NCBI RefSeq assembly: GCF_009914755.1
Contig: NC_060933.1
DNA length: 64,000 nt
DNA from: the human T2T-CHM13v2.0 reference genome, Homo sapiens
Reading direction: 5' to 3' (one strand)
Position 1 is the first letter of the stretch. The number at the start of each line of letters is the position of its first letter. Both the position numbers and the translations under genes were made by a program. This document shows positions 40,401-53,500 of this stretch, piece by piece. The notes beneath the pieces are model-generated. The model worked only from the letters and a program-made list of their open reading frames with translations, ran no database searches and was not told the origin of the DNA.

Positions 40401-43400
40401 TTGGATAGCTTTGAAGGTTTCGTTGGAAACGGGAATATCTTCATATAAAATCAAGACAGAAGCATTCTCAGAAACTTCTCTGTGATGTTTGCATTCAACT
40501 CATAGAGTTGAACACTTACCTTCATAGAGCAGGTTTGAAACACTCTTTTTGTAGTATTTGGAAGTGGACATTTGCAGCGCTTTGAGGCCTATGATGAAAA
40601 AGGAAATATCTTCTCCTAAAAACCAGACAGAAGCATTCTCAGAAACTTCCTTGTGATGTGTGTACTCAAGTAACAGAGTTGAACCTTACTTTTGACAGAG
40701 CCGTTTTGAAACAGTCTTTTTGTAGAATCTGGAAGTAGATATTTGGATACCTTTGAGGATTTCTTTGGAAACGGGATATCTTCATATAAAATATAGACAG
40801 AAGCATTCTCAGAAACTTCTTTGTGCTGTATGTCCTCAATTAACACAGTTGAACCTTTGTGTGGATACAGCATTTTGGAAACATTCCTTTAGTAGAATCT
40901 GCAAGTTGATATTTAGATAGCTAGGAAGATTTCCTTGGAAACGGGAATATCTTCATATAAAATCTAGACGGAAGCATTCTCAGAAAGTGCTTTGTGATGT
41001 TTGCATTCAAGTCACAGAGTTGAATATTCCCTTTTATAGAGCAGGTTTGAAACACTCTTTCTGCACTACATGGAAGTGGACATTTGGAACGCTTTGAGGC
41101 CTATGTTGAAAAAGGAAATATCTTCCCATAAAAACTAGACAGAAGCATTCTCAGAAACTTGTTTGTGATGTGTGTTTTCAACTAACAGAGATTAACCTTT
41201 CTTTTTACAGAGCAGTTTTGAAACACTCTTTTTGTGGAATCTGAAAGTGGATATTTGGATAGCTTTGAGGATTTCGTTGGAAACGGGATTACATATAAAA
41301 TCTAGAGAGAAGCATTCTCAGGAACTTCTTTGTGATGTTTGCATTCAAGTCACAGAACTGAACATTCCCTTTCATAGAGCATGTTTGAAACACTCTTTCT
41401 GTAGTATCTGCAAGCGGACGTTTCAAGCGCTTTCAGGCCTATGGTGAGAAAGGAAATATCTTCAAGTAAAAACTAGACAGAAGCATTCTCAGAAACTTAT
41501 TTGCCATGTGTGTTCTCAACTACCAGAGTTGAACCTTTGTTTTGATACGGCATTTTGGAAACACTCTTTTTGTAGAATCTGCAGGTGGATATTCGGATAG
41601 CTTTGAAGGTTTCGTTGGAAACGGGAATATCTTCATATAAAATCTAGACGGAAGCATTCTCAGAAACTGCTTTGTGATGTTTTCATTCAAGTCACAGAGT
41701 AGAATGTTCCCTTTTATATACCAGGTTTGAGACACTCTTTCTGCACTATCTGGAAGTGGACATTTGGAGCGCTTTGAGGCCTATGATGAAAAAGGAAATA
41801 TCTTCCCATAAAAACTAGACAGAAGCATTCTCAGAAACTTGTTTGTGATGTGTTTATTCAAGTAACAGAGATGAACCTTTCTTTTTACAGAGCAGTTTTG
41901 AAACACTCTTTTTGTGGAATCTGAAAGTGGATATTTGGATAGCTTTGAGGATTTCGTTGGAAACGGGATTACATATAAAATCTAGAGAGAAGCATTCTCA
42001 GGAACTTCTTTGTGATGTTTGCATTCACGTCACAGAACTGAACATTCCCTTTCATAGAGCATGTTTGAAACACTCTTTCTGTAGTATCTGCAAACGGACA
42101 TTTCAAGCGCTTTCAGGCCTATGGTAAGAAAGGAAATATCTTCAAATAAAAACTAGACAGAAGCATTCTCAGAAACTTATTTGCGATGTGTGTCCTCAAC
42201 TAACAGAGTTGAACCTTTGTTTTGATACAACATTTTGGAAACACTCTTTTTGCAGAATCTGCAAGTGGATATTTGGATAGCTTTGAAGGTTTCGTTGGAA
42301 ACGGGAATATCTTCATATAAAATCAAGACAGAAGCATTCTCAGAAACTTCTCTGTGATGTTTGCATTCAACTCATAGAGTTGAACACTTCCCTTCATAGA
42401 GCAGGTTTGAAACACTCTTTTTGTAATATTTGGAAGTGGACATTTGCAGCGCTTTGAGGCCTATGTTGAAAAAGGAAATATCTTCTCCTAAAAAGCAGAC
42501 ACAAGCATTCTCAGAAACTTCCTTGTGATGTGTGTACTCAAGTAACAGAGTTGAACCTTACTTTTGACAGAGCCGTGTTGAAACAGTCTTTTTGTAGAAT
42601 CTGGAAGTAGATATTTGGACACCTTTGAGGATTTCTTTGGAAACGGGATATCTTCATATAAAATCTAGACAGAAGCATTCTCAGAAACTTCTTTGTGCTG
42701 TATGTCCTCAATTAACAGAGTTGAACCTTTGTGTGGATACAGCATTTTGGAAACACTCCTTTAGTAGGATATGCAAGTTGATATTTAGATAGCTAGGAAG
42801 ATTTCCTTGGAAACGGGAATATCATCATATAAAATGTAGACGGAAGCATTCTCAGAAAGTGCTTTGTGATGTTTGCATTCAAGTCACAGAGTTGAATATT
42901 CCCTTTTATAGAGCAGGTTTGAAACACTCTTTCTGCACTACCTGGAAGTGGACATTTGGAGCGCTTTGAGGCCTATGTTGAAAAAGGAAATATCTTCCCA
43001 TAAAAACTAGACAGAAGCATTCTCAGAAACTTGTTTGTGATGTGTGCATTCAACTAACAGAGATGAACCTTTCTTTTTACAGAGCAGTTTTGAAACACTC
43101 TTTTTGTGGAATCTGAAAGTGGATATTTGGATAGCTTTGAGGATTTCGTTGGAAACGGGATTACATATAAAATCTAGAGAGAAGCATTCTCAGGAACTTC
43201 TTTGTGATGTTTACATTCAAGTCACAGAACTGAACATTCCCTTTCATAGAGCATGTTTGAAACACTCTTTCTGTAGTATCTGCAAGCGGACGTTTCAAGC
43301 GCTTTCAGGCCTATGGTGAGAAAGGAAATATCTTCAAGTAAAAACTAGACAGAAGCATTCTCAGAAACTTATTTGCCATGTGTGTTCTCAACTAACAGAG

Positions 43401-46400
43401 TTGAACCTTTGTTTTGATACGGCATTTTGGAAACACTCTTTTTGTAGAATCTGCAGGTTTATATTCGGATAGCTTTGAAGGTTTCGTTGGAAACGGGAAT
43501 ATCTTCATATAAAATCTAGACGGAAGCATTCTCAGAAAGTGCTTTGTGATGTTTGCATTCAAGTCACAGAGTTGAATATTCCCTTTTATAGAGCAGGTTT
43601 GAAACACTCTTTCTGCACTACCTGGAAGTGGACATTTGGAGCGCTTTGAGGCGTATGTTGAAAAAGGAAATATCTTCCCATAAAAACTAGACAGAAGCAT
43701 TCTCAGAAACTTGTTTGTGATGTGTGTATTCAACTAACAGAGATGAACCTTTCTTTTTACAGAGCAGTTTTGAAACACTCTTTTTGTGGAATCTGAAAGT
43801 GGATATTTGGATAGCTTTGAGGATTTCGTTGGAAACGGGATTACATATAAAATCTAGAGAGAAGCATTCTCAGGAACTTCTTTGTGATGTTTGCATTCAA
43901 GTCACAGAACTGAACATTCCCTTTCATAGAGCATGTTTGAAACACTCTTTCTGTAGTATCTGCAAGCGGACGTTTCAAGCGCTTTCAGGCCTATGGTGAG
44001 AAAGGAAATATCTTCAAGTAAAAACTAGACAGAAGCATTCTCAGAAACTTATTTGCCATGTGTGTTCTCAACTAACAGAGTTGAACCTTTGTTTTGATAC
44101 GGCATTTTGGAAACACTCTTTTTGTAGAATCTGCAGGTGGATATTCGGATAGCTTTGAAGGTTTCGTTGGAAACGGGAATATCTTCATATAAAATCTAGA
44201 CGGAAGCATTCTCAGAAACTGCTTTGTGATGTTTTCATTGAAGTCACAGAGTAGAATGTTCCCTTTTATATACCAGGTTTGAGACACTCTTTCTGCACTA
44301 TCTGGAAGTGGACATTTGGAGCGCTTTGAGGCCTATGATGAAAAAGGAAATATCTTCGCATAAAAACTAGACGGAAGCATTCTCAGAAACTTGTTTGTGA
44401 TGTGTGTATTCAAGTAACAGAGATGAACCTTTCTTTTTACAGAGCAGTTTTGAAACACTCTTTTTGTGGAATCTGAAAGTGGATATTTGGATAGCTTTGA
44501 GGATTTCGTTGGAAACGGGATTACATATAAAATCTAGAGAGAAGCATTCTCAGGAACTTCTTTGTGATGTTTGCATTCACGTCACAGAACTGAACATTCC
44601 CTTTCATAGAGCATGTTTGAAACACTCTTTCTGTAGTATCTGCAAACGGACATTTCAAGCGCTTTCAGGCCTATGGTAAGAAAGGAAATATCTTCAAATA
44701 AAAACTAGACAGAAGCATTCTCAGAAACTTATTTGCGATGTGTGTCCTCAACTAACAGAGTTGAACCTTTGTTTTGATACAACATTTTGGAAACACTCTT
44801 TTTGTAGAATCTGCAAGTGGATATTTGGATAGCTTTGAAGGTTTCGTTGGAAACGGGAATATCTTCATATAAAATCAAGACAGAAGCATTCTCAGAAACT
44901 TCTCTGTGATGTTTGCATTCAACTCATAGAGTTGAACACTTCCCTTCATAGAGCAGGTTTGAAACACTCTTTTTGTAATATTTGGAAGTGGACATTTGCA
45001 GCGCTTTGAGGCCTATGTTGAAAAAGGAAATATCTTCTCCTAAAAACCAGACAGAAGCATTCTCAGAAACTTCCTTGTGATGTGTGTACTCAAGTAACAG
45101 AGTTGAACCTTACTTTTGACAGAGCCGTTTTGAAACAGTCTTTTTGTAGAATCTGGAAGTAGATATTTGGACACCTTTGAGGATTTCTTTTGAAACGGGA
45201 TATCTTCATATAAAATCTAGACAGAAGCATTCTCAGAAACTTCTTTGTGCTGTATGTCCTCAATTAACAGAGTTGAACCTTTGTGTGGATACAGCATTTT
45301 GGAAACACTCCTTTAGTAGGATATGCAAGTTGATATTTAGATAGCTAGGAAGATTTCCTTGGAAACGGGAATATCTTCATATAAAATCTAGACGGAAGCA
45401 TTCTCAGAAAGTGCTTTGTGATGTTTGCATTCAAGTCACAGAGTTGAATATTCCCTTTTATAGAGCAGGTTTGAAACACTCTTTCTGCACTACCTGGAAG
45501 TGGACATTTGGAGCGCTTTGAGGCCTATGTTGAAAAAGGAAATATCTTCCCATAAAAACTAGACAGAAGCATTCTCAGAAACTTGTTTGTGATGTGTGTA
45601 TTCAACTAACAGAGATGAACCTTTCTTTTTACAGAGCAGTTTTGAAACACTCTTTTTGTGGAATCTGAAAGTGGATATTTGGATAGCTTTGAGGATTTCG
45701 TTGGAAACGGGATTACATATAAAATCTAGAGAGAAGCATTCTCAGGAACTTCTTTGTGATGTTTGCATTCAAGTCACAGAACTGAACATTCCCTTTCATA
45801 GAGCATGTTTGAAACACTCTTTCTGTAGTATCTGCAAGCGGACGTTTCAAGCGCTTTCAGGCCTATGATGAGAAAGGAAATATCTTCAAGTAAAAACTAG
45901 ACAGAAGCATTCTCAGAAGCTTTTTTGCCATGTGTGTTCTCAACTAACAGAGTTGAACCTTTGTTTTGATACGGCATTTTGGAAACACTCTTTTTGTAGA
46001 ATCTGCAGGTGGATATTCGGATAGCTTTTAAGGTTTCGTTGGAAACGGGAATACCTTCATATAAAATCTAGACGGAAGCATTCTCAGAAACTGCTTTGTG
46101 ATGTTTTCATTGAAGTCACAGAGTAGAATGTTCCCTTTTATATACCAGGTTTGAGACACTCTTTCTGCACTATCTGGAAGTGGACATTTGGAGCGCTTTG
46201 AGGCCTATGATGAAAAAGGAAATATCTTCCCATAAAAACTAGACGGAAGCATTCTCAGAAACTTGTGTGTGATGTGTGTATTCAACTAACAGAGATGAAC
46301 CTTTCTTTTTACAGAGCAGTTTTGAAACACTCTTTTTGTGGAATCTGAAAGTGGATATTTGGATAGCTTTGAGGATTTCGTTGGAAACGGGATTACATAT

Positions 46401-49400
46401 AAAATCTAGAGAGAAGCATTCTCAGGAACTTCTTTGTGATGTTTGCATTCACGTCACAGAACTGAACATTCCCTTTCATAGAGCATGTTTGAAACACTCT
46501 TTCTGAAGTATCTGCAAACGGACACTTCAAGGGCTTTCAGGCCTATGGTAAGAAAGGAAATATCTTCAAATAAAAACTAGACAGAAGCATTCTCAGAAAC
46601 TTATTTGCGATGTGTGTCCTCAACTAACAGAGTTGAACCTTTGTTTTGATACAACATTTTGGAAACACTCTTTTAGTAGAATCTGCAAGTGGATATTTGG
46701 ATAGCTTTGAAGGTTTCGTTGGAAACGGGAATATCTTCATATAAAATCAAGACAGAAGCATTCTCAGAAACTTCTCTGTGATGTTTGCATTCAACTCATA
46801 GAGGTGAACACTTCCCTTCATAGAGCAGGATTGAAACACTCTTTTTGTAATATTTGGAAGTGGACATTTGCAGCGCTTTGAGGACTATGTTGAAAAAGGA
46901 AATATCTTCTCCTAAAAACCAGACAGAAGCATTCTCAGAAACTTCCTTGTGATGTGTGTACTCAAGTAACAGAGTTGAACCTTACTTTTGACAGAGCCGT
47001 TTTGAAACAGTCTTTTTGTAGAATCTGGAAGTAGATATTTGGACACCTTTGAGGATTTCTTTGGAAACGGGATATCTTCATATAAAATCTAGACAGAAGC
47101 ATTCTCAGAAACTTCTTTGTGTTGTATGTCCTCAATTAACAGAGTTGAACCTTTGTGTGGATACAGCATTTTGGAAACACTCCTTTAGTAGGATATGCAA
47201 GTTGATATTTAGATAGCTAGGAAGATTTCCTTGGAAACGGGAATATCTTCATATAAAATCTAGACGGAAGAAATCTCAGAAAGTGCTTTGTGATGTTTGC
47301 ATTCAAGTCACAGAGTTGAATATTCCCTTTTATAGAGCAGGTTTGAAACACTCTTTCTGCACTACCTGGAAGTGGACATTTGGAGCGCTTTGAGGCCTAT
47401 GTTGAAAAAGGAAATATCTTCCCATAAAAACTAGACAGAAGCATTCTCAGAAACTTGTTTGTGATGTGTGTATTCAACTAACAGAGATGAACCTTTCTTT
47501 TTACAGAGCAGTTTTGAAACACTCTTTTTGTGGAATCTGAAAATGGATATTTGGATAGCTTCGAGGATTTCGTTGGAAACGGGATTACATATAAAATCTA
47601 GAGAGAAGCATTCTCAGGAACTTCTTTGTGATGTTTGCATTCAAGTCACAGAACTGAACATTCCCTTTCATAGAGCAGGTTTGAAACACTCTTTCTGTAG
47701 TATCTGCAAGCGGACGTTTCAAGCGCTTTCAGGCCTATGGTGAGAAAGGAAATATCTTCAAGTAAAAACTAGACAGAAGCATTCTCAGAAACATATTTGC
47801 CATGTGTGTTCTCAACTAACAGAGTTGAACCTTTGTTTTGATACGGCATTTTGGAAACACTCTTTTTGTAGAATCTGCTGGTGGATATTCGGATAGCTTT
47901 GAAGGTTTCGTTGGAAACGGGAATATCTTCATAGAAAATCTAGACGGAAGCATTCTCAGAAACTGCTTTGTGATGTTTTCATTCAAGTCACAGAGTAGAA
48001 TGTTCCCTTTTATATACCAGGTTTGAGACACTCTTTCTGCACTATCTGGAAGTGGACATTTGGAGCGCTTTGAGGCCTATGATGAAAAAGGAAATATCTT
48101 CCCATAAAAACTAGACAGAAGCATTCTCAGAAACTTGGTTGTGATGTGTGTATTCAACTAACAGAGATGAACCTTTCTTTTTACAGAGCAGTTTTGAAAC
48201 ACTCTTTTTGTGGAATCTGAAAGTGCATATTTGGATAGCTTTGAGGATTTCGTTGGAAACGGGATTACATATAAAATCTAGAGAGAAGCATTCTCAGGAA
48301 CTTCTTTGTGATGTTTGCATTCACGTCACAGAACTGAACATTCCCTTTCATAGAGCATGTTTGAAACACTCTTTCTGTAGTATCTGCAAACGGACATTTG
48401 AAGCGCTTTCAGGCCTATGGTAAGAAAGGAAATATCTTCAAATAAAAACTAGACAGAAGCATTCTCAGAAACTTATTTGCGATGTGTGTCCTCAACTAAC
48501 AGAGTTGAACCTTTGTTTTGATACAACATTTTGGAAACACTCTTTTTGTAGAATCTGCAAGTGGATATTTGGATAGCTTTGAAGGTTTCGTTGGAAACGG
48601 GAATATATTCATATAAAATCAAGACAGAAGCATTCTCAGAAACTTCTCTGTGATGTTTGCATTCAACTCATAGAGGTGAACACTTCCCTTCATAGAGCAG
48701 GTTTGAAACACTCTTTTTGTAATATTTGGAAGTGGACATTTGCAGCGCTTTGAGGCCTATGTTGAAAAAGGAAATATCTTCTCCTAAAAACCAGACAGAA
48801 GCATTCTCAGAAACTTCCTTGTGATGTGTGTACTCAAGTAACAGAGTTGAACCTTACTTTTGACAGAGCCGTTTTGAAACAGTCTTTTTGTAGAATCTGG
48901 ATGTAGATATTTGGATACCTTTGAGGATTTCTTTGGAAACGGGATATCTTCATATAAAATCTAGACAGAAGCATTCTCAGAAACTTCTTTGTGCTGTATG
49001 TCCTCAATTAACAGAGTTGAACCTTTGTGTGGATACAGCATTTTGGAAACACTCCTTTAGTAGGATATGCAAGTTGATATTTAGATAGCTAGGAAGATTT
49101 CCTTGGAAACGGGAATATCTTCATATAAAATCTAGACGGAAGCATTCTCAGAAAGTGCTTTGTGATGTTTGCATTCAAGTCACAGAGTTGAATATTCCCT
49201 TTTATAGAGCAGGTTTGAAACACTCTTTCTGCACTACCTGGAAGTGGACATTTGGAGCGCTTTGAGGCCTATGTTGAAAAAGGAAATATCTTCCCATAAA
49301 AACTAGACAGAAGCATTCTCAGAAACTTGTTTGTGATGTGTGTATTCAACTAACAGAGATGAACCTTTCTTTTTACAGAGCAGTTTTGAAACACTCTTTT

Positions 49401-50505
49401 TGTGGAATCTGAAAGTGCATATTTGGATAGCTTTGAGGATTTCGTTGGAAACGGGATTACATATAAAATCTAGAGAGAAGCATTCTCAGGAATTTCTTTG
49501 TGATGTTTGCATTCACGTCACAGAACTGAACATTCCCTTTCATAGAGCATGTTTGAAACACTCTTTCTGTAGTATCTGCAAACGGACATTTGAAGCGCTT
49601 TCTGGCCTATGGTAAGAAAGGAAATATCTTCAAATAAAAACTAGACAGAAGCATTCTCAGAAACTTATTTGCGATGTGTGTCCTCAAATAACAGAGTTGA
49701 ACCTTTGTTTTGATACAACATTTTGGAAACACTCTTTTTGTAGGATCTGCAAGTGGATATTTGGATAGCTTTGAAGGTTTCGTTGGAAACGGGAATATCT
49801 TCATATAAAATCAAGACAGAAGCATTCTCAGAAACTTCTCTGTGATGTTTGCATTCAACTCATAGAGGTGAACACTTCCCTTCATAGAGCAGGTTTGAAA
49901 CACTCTTTTTGTAATATTTGGAAGTGGACATTTGCAGCGCTTTGAGGCCTATGTTGAAAAAGGAAATATCTTCTCCTAAAAACCAGTCAGAAGCATTGTC
50001 AGAAACTTCCTTGTGATGTGTGTACTCAAGTAACAGAGTTGAACCTTACTTTGGACAGAGCCGTTTTGAAACAGTCTTTTTGTAGAATCTGGAAGTAGAT
50101 ATTTGGACACCTTTGAGGATTTCTTTGGAAACGGGATATCTTCATATGAAATCTAGACAGAAGAATTCTCAGAAACTTCTTTGTGCTGTATGTCCTCAAT
50201 TAACAGAGTTGAACCTTTGTGTGGATACAGCATTTTGGAAACACTCCTTTAGTAGGATATGCAAGTTGATATTTAGATAGCTAGGAAGATTTCCTTGGAA
50301 ACGGGAATATCTTCATATAAAATCTAGACGGAAGCATTCTCAGAAAGTGCTTTGTGATGTTTGCATTCAAGTCACAGAGTTGAATATTCCCTTTTATAGA
50401 GCAGGTTTGAAACACTCTTTCTGCACTACCTGGAAGTGGACATTTGGAGCGCTTTGAGGCCTATGTTGAAAAAGGAAATATCTTCCCATAAAAACTAGAC
50501 AGAAG

Positions 50506-53500
50506 CATTCTCAGAAACTTGTTTGTGATGTGTGTATTCAACTAACAGAGATGAACCTTTCTTTTTACAGAGCAGTTTTGAAACACTCTTTTTGTGGAAT
50601 CTGAAAGTGCATATTTGGATAGCTTTGAGGATTTCGTTGGAAACGGGATTACATATAAAATCTAGAGAGAAGCATTCTCAGGAACTTCTTTGTGATGTTT
50701 GCATTCACGTCACAGAACTGAACATTGCCTTTCATAGAGCATGTTTGAAACACTCTTTCTGTAGTATCTGCAAACGGACATTTCAAGCGCTTTCAGGCCT
50801 ATGGTAAGAAAGGAAATATCGTCAAATAAAAACTAGACAGAAGCATTCTCAGAAACTTATTTGCGATGTGTGTCCTCAACTAACAGAGTTGAACCTTTGT
50901 TTTGATACAACATTTTGGAAACACTCTTTTAGTAGAATCTGCAAGTGGATATTTGGATAGCTTTGAAGGTTTCGTTGGAAACGGGAATATCTTCATATAA
51001 AATCAAGACAGAAGCATTCTCAGAAACTTCTCTGTGATGTTTGCATTCAACTCATAGAGGTGAACACTTCCCTTCATAGAGCAGTTTTGAAACACTCTTT
51101 TTGTAATATTTGGAAGTGGACATTTGCAGCGCTTTGAGGCCTATGTTGAAAAACGAAATATCTTCTCCTAAAAACCAGACAGAAGCATTCTCAGAAACTT
51201 CCTTGTGATGTGTGTACTCAAGTAACAGAGTTGAACCTTGCTTTTGACAGAGCCGTTTTGAAACAGTCTTTTTGTAGAATCTGGAAGTAGATATTTGGAC
51301 ACCTTTGAGGATTTCATTGGAAACGGGATATCTTCATATAAAATATAGACAGAAGCATTCTCAGAAACTTCTTTGTGCTGTATGTCCTCAATTAACAGAG
51401 TTGAACCTTTGTGTGGATACAGCATTTTGGAAACACTCCTTTAGTAGGATATGCAAGTTGATATTTAGATAGCTAGGAAGATTTCCTTGGAAACGGGAAT
51501 ATCTTCATATAAAATCTAGACGGAAGCATTCTCAGAAAGTGCTTTGTGATGTTTGCATTCAAGTCACAGAGTTGAATATTCCCTTTTATAGAGCAGGTTT
51601 GAAACACTCTTTCTGCACTACCTGGAAGTGGACATTTGGAGCGCTTTGAGGCCTATGTTGAAAAAGGAAATATCTTCCCATAAAAACTAGACAGAAGCAT
51701 TCTCAGAAACTTGTTTGTGATGTGTGTATTCAACTAACAGAGATGAACCTTTCTTTTTACAGAGCAGTTTTTAAACACTCTTTTTGTGGAATCTGAAAGT
51801 GGATATTTGGATAGCTTTGAGGATTTCATTGGAAACGGGATTACATATAAAATCTAGAGAGAAGCATTCTCAGGAACTTCTTTGTGATGTTTGCATTCAA
51901 GTCACAGAACTGAACATTCCCTTTCATAGAGCATGTTTGAAACACTCTTTCTGTAGTATCTGCAAGCGGACGTTTCAAGCGCTTTCAGGCCTATGGTGAG
52001 AAAGGAAATATCTTCAAGTAAAAACTAGACAGAAGCATTCTCAGAAACTTATTTGCCATGTGTGTTCTCAACTAACAGAGTTGAACCTTTGTTTTGATAC
52101 GGCATTTTGGAAACACTCTTTTTGTAGAATCTGCAGGTGGATATTCGGATAGCTTTGAAGGTTTCGTTGGAAACGGGAATATCTTCATAGAAAATCTAGA
52201 CGGAAGCATTCTCAGAAACTGCTTTGTGATGTTTTCATTCAAGTCACAGATTAGAATGTTCCCTTTTATATACCAGGTTTGAGACACTCTTTCTGCACTA
52301 TCTGGAAGTGGACATTTGGAGCGCTTTGAGGCCTATGATGAAAAAGGAAATATCTTCCCATAAAAACTAGACAGAAGCATTCTCAGAAACTTGTTTGTGA
52401 TGTGTGTATTCAACTAACAGAGATGAACCTTTCTTTTTACAGAGCAGTTTTGAAACACTCTTTTTGTGGAATCTGAAAGTGCATATTTGGATAGCTTTGA
52501 GGATTTCGTTGGAAACGGGATTACATATAAAATCTAGAGAGAAGCATTCTCAGGAACTTCTTTGTGATGTTTGCATTCACGTCACAGAACTGAACATTGC
52601 CTTTCATAGAGCATGTTTGAAACACTCTTTCTGTAGTATCTGCAAACGGACATTTCAAGCGCTTTCAGGCCTATGGTAAGAAAGGAAATATCGTCAAATA
52701 AAAACTAGACAGAAGCATTCTCAGAAACTTATTTGCGATGTGTGTCCTCAACTAACAGAGTTGAACCTTTGTTTTGATACAACATTTTGGAAACACTCTT
52801 TTAGTAGAATCTGCAAGTGGATATTTGGATAGCTTTGAAGGTTTCGTTGGAAACGGGAATATCTTCATATAAAATCAAGACAGAAGCATTCTCAGAAACT
52901 TCTCTGTGATGTTTGCATTCAACTCATAGAGGTGAACACTTCCCTTCATAGAGCAGTTTTGAAACACTCTTTTTGTAATATTTGGAAGTGGACATTTGCA
53001 GCGCTTTGAGGCCTATGTTGAAAAACGAAATATCTTCTCCTAAAAACCAGACAGAAGCATTCTCAGAAACTTCCTTGTGATGTGTGTACTCAAGTAACAG
53101 AGTTGAACCTTGCTTTTGACAGAGCCGTTTTGAAACAGTCTTTTTGTAGAATCTGGAAGTAGATATTTGGACACCTTTGAGGATTTCATTGGAAACGGGA
53201 TATCTTCATATAAAATATAGACAGAAGCATTCTCAGAAACTTCTTTGTGCTGTATGTCCTCAATTAAGAGAGTTGAACCTTTGTGTGGATACAGCATTTT
53301 GGAAACACTCCTTTAGTAGGATATGCAAGTTGATATTTAGATAGCTAGGAAGATTTCCTTGGAAACGGGAATATCTTCATATAAAATCTAGACGGAAGCA
53401 TTCTCAGAAAGTGCTTTGTGATGTTTGCATTCAAGTCACAGAGTTGAATATTCCCTTTTATAGAGCAGGTTTGAAACACTCTTTCTGCACTACCTGGAAG

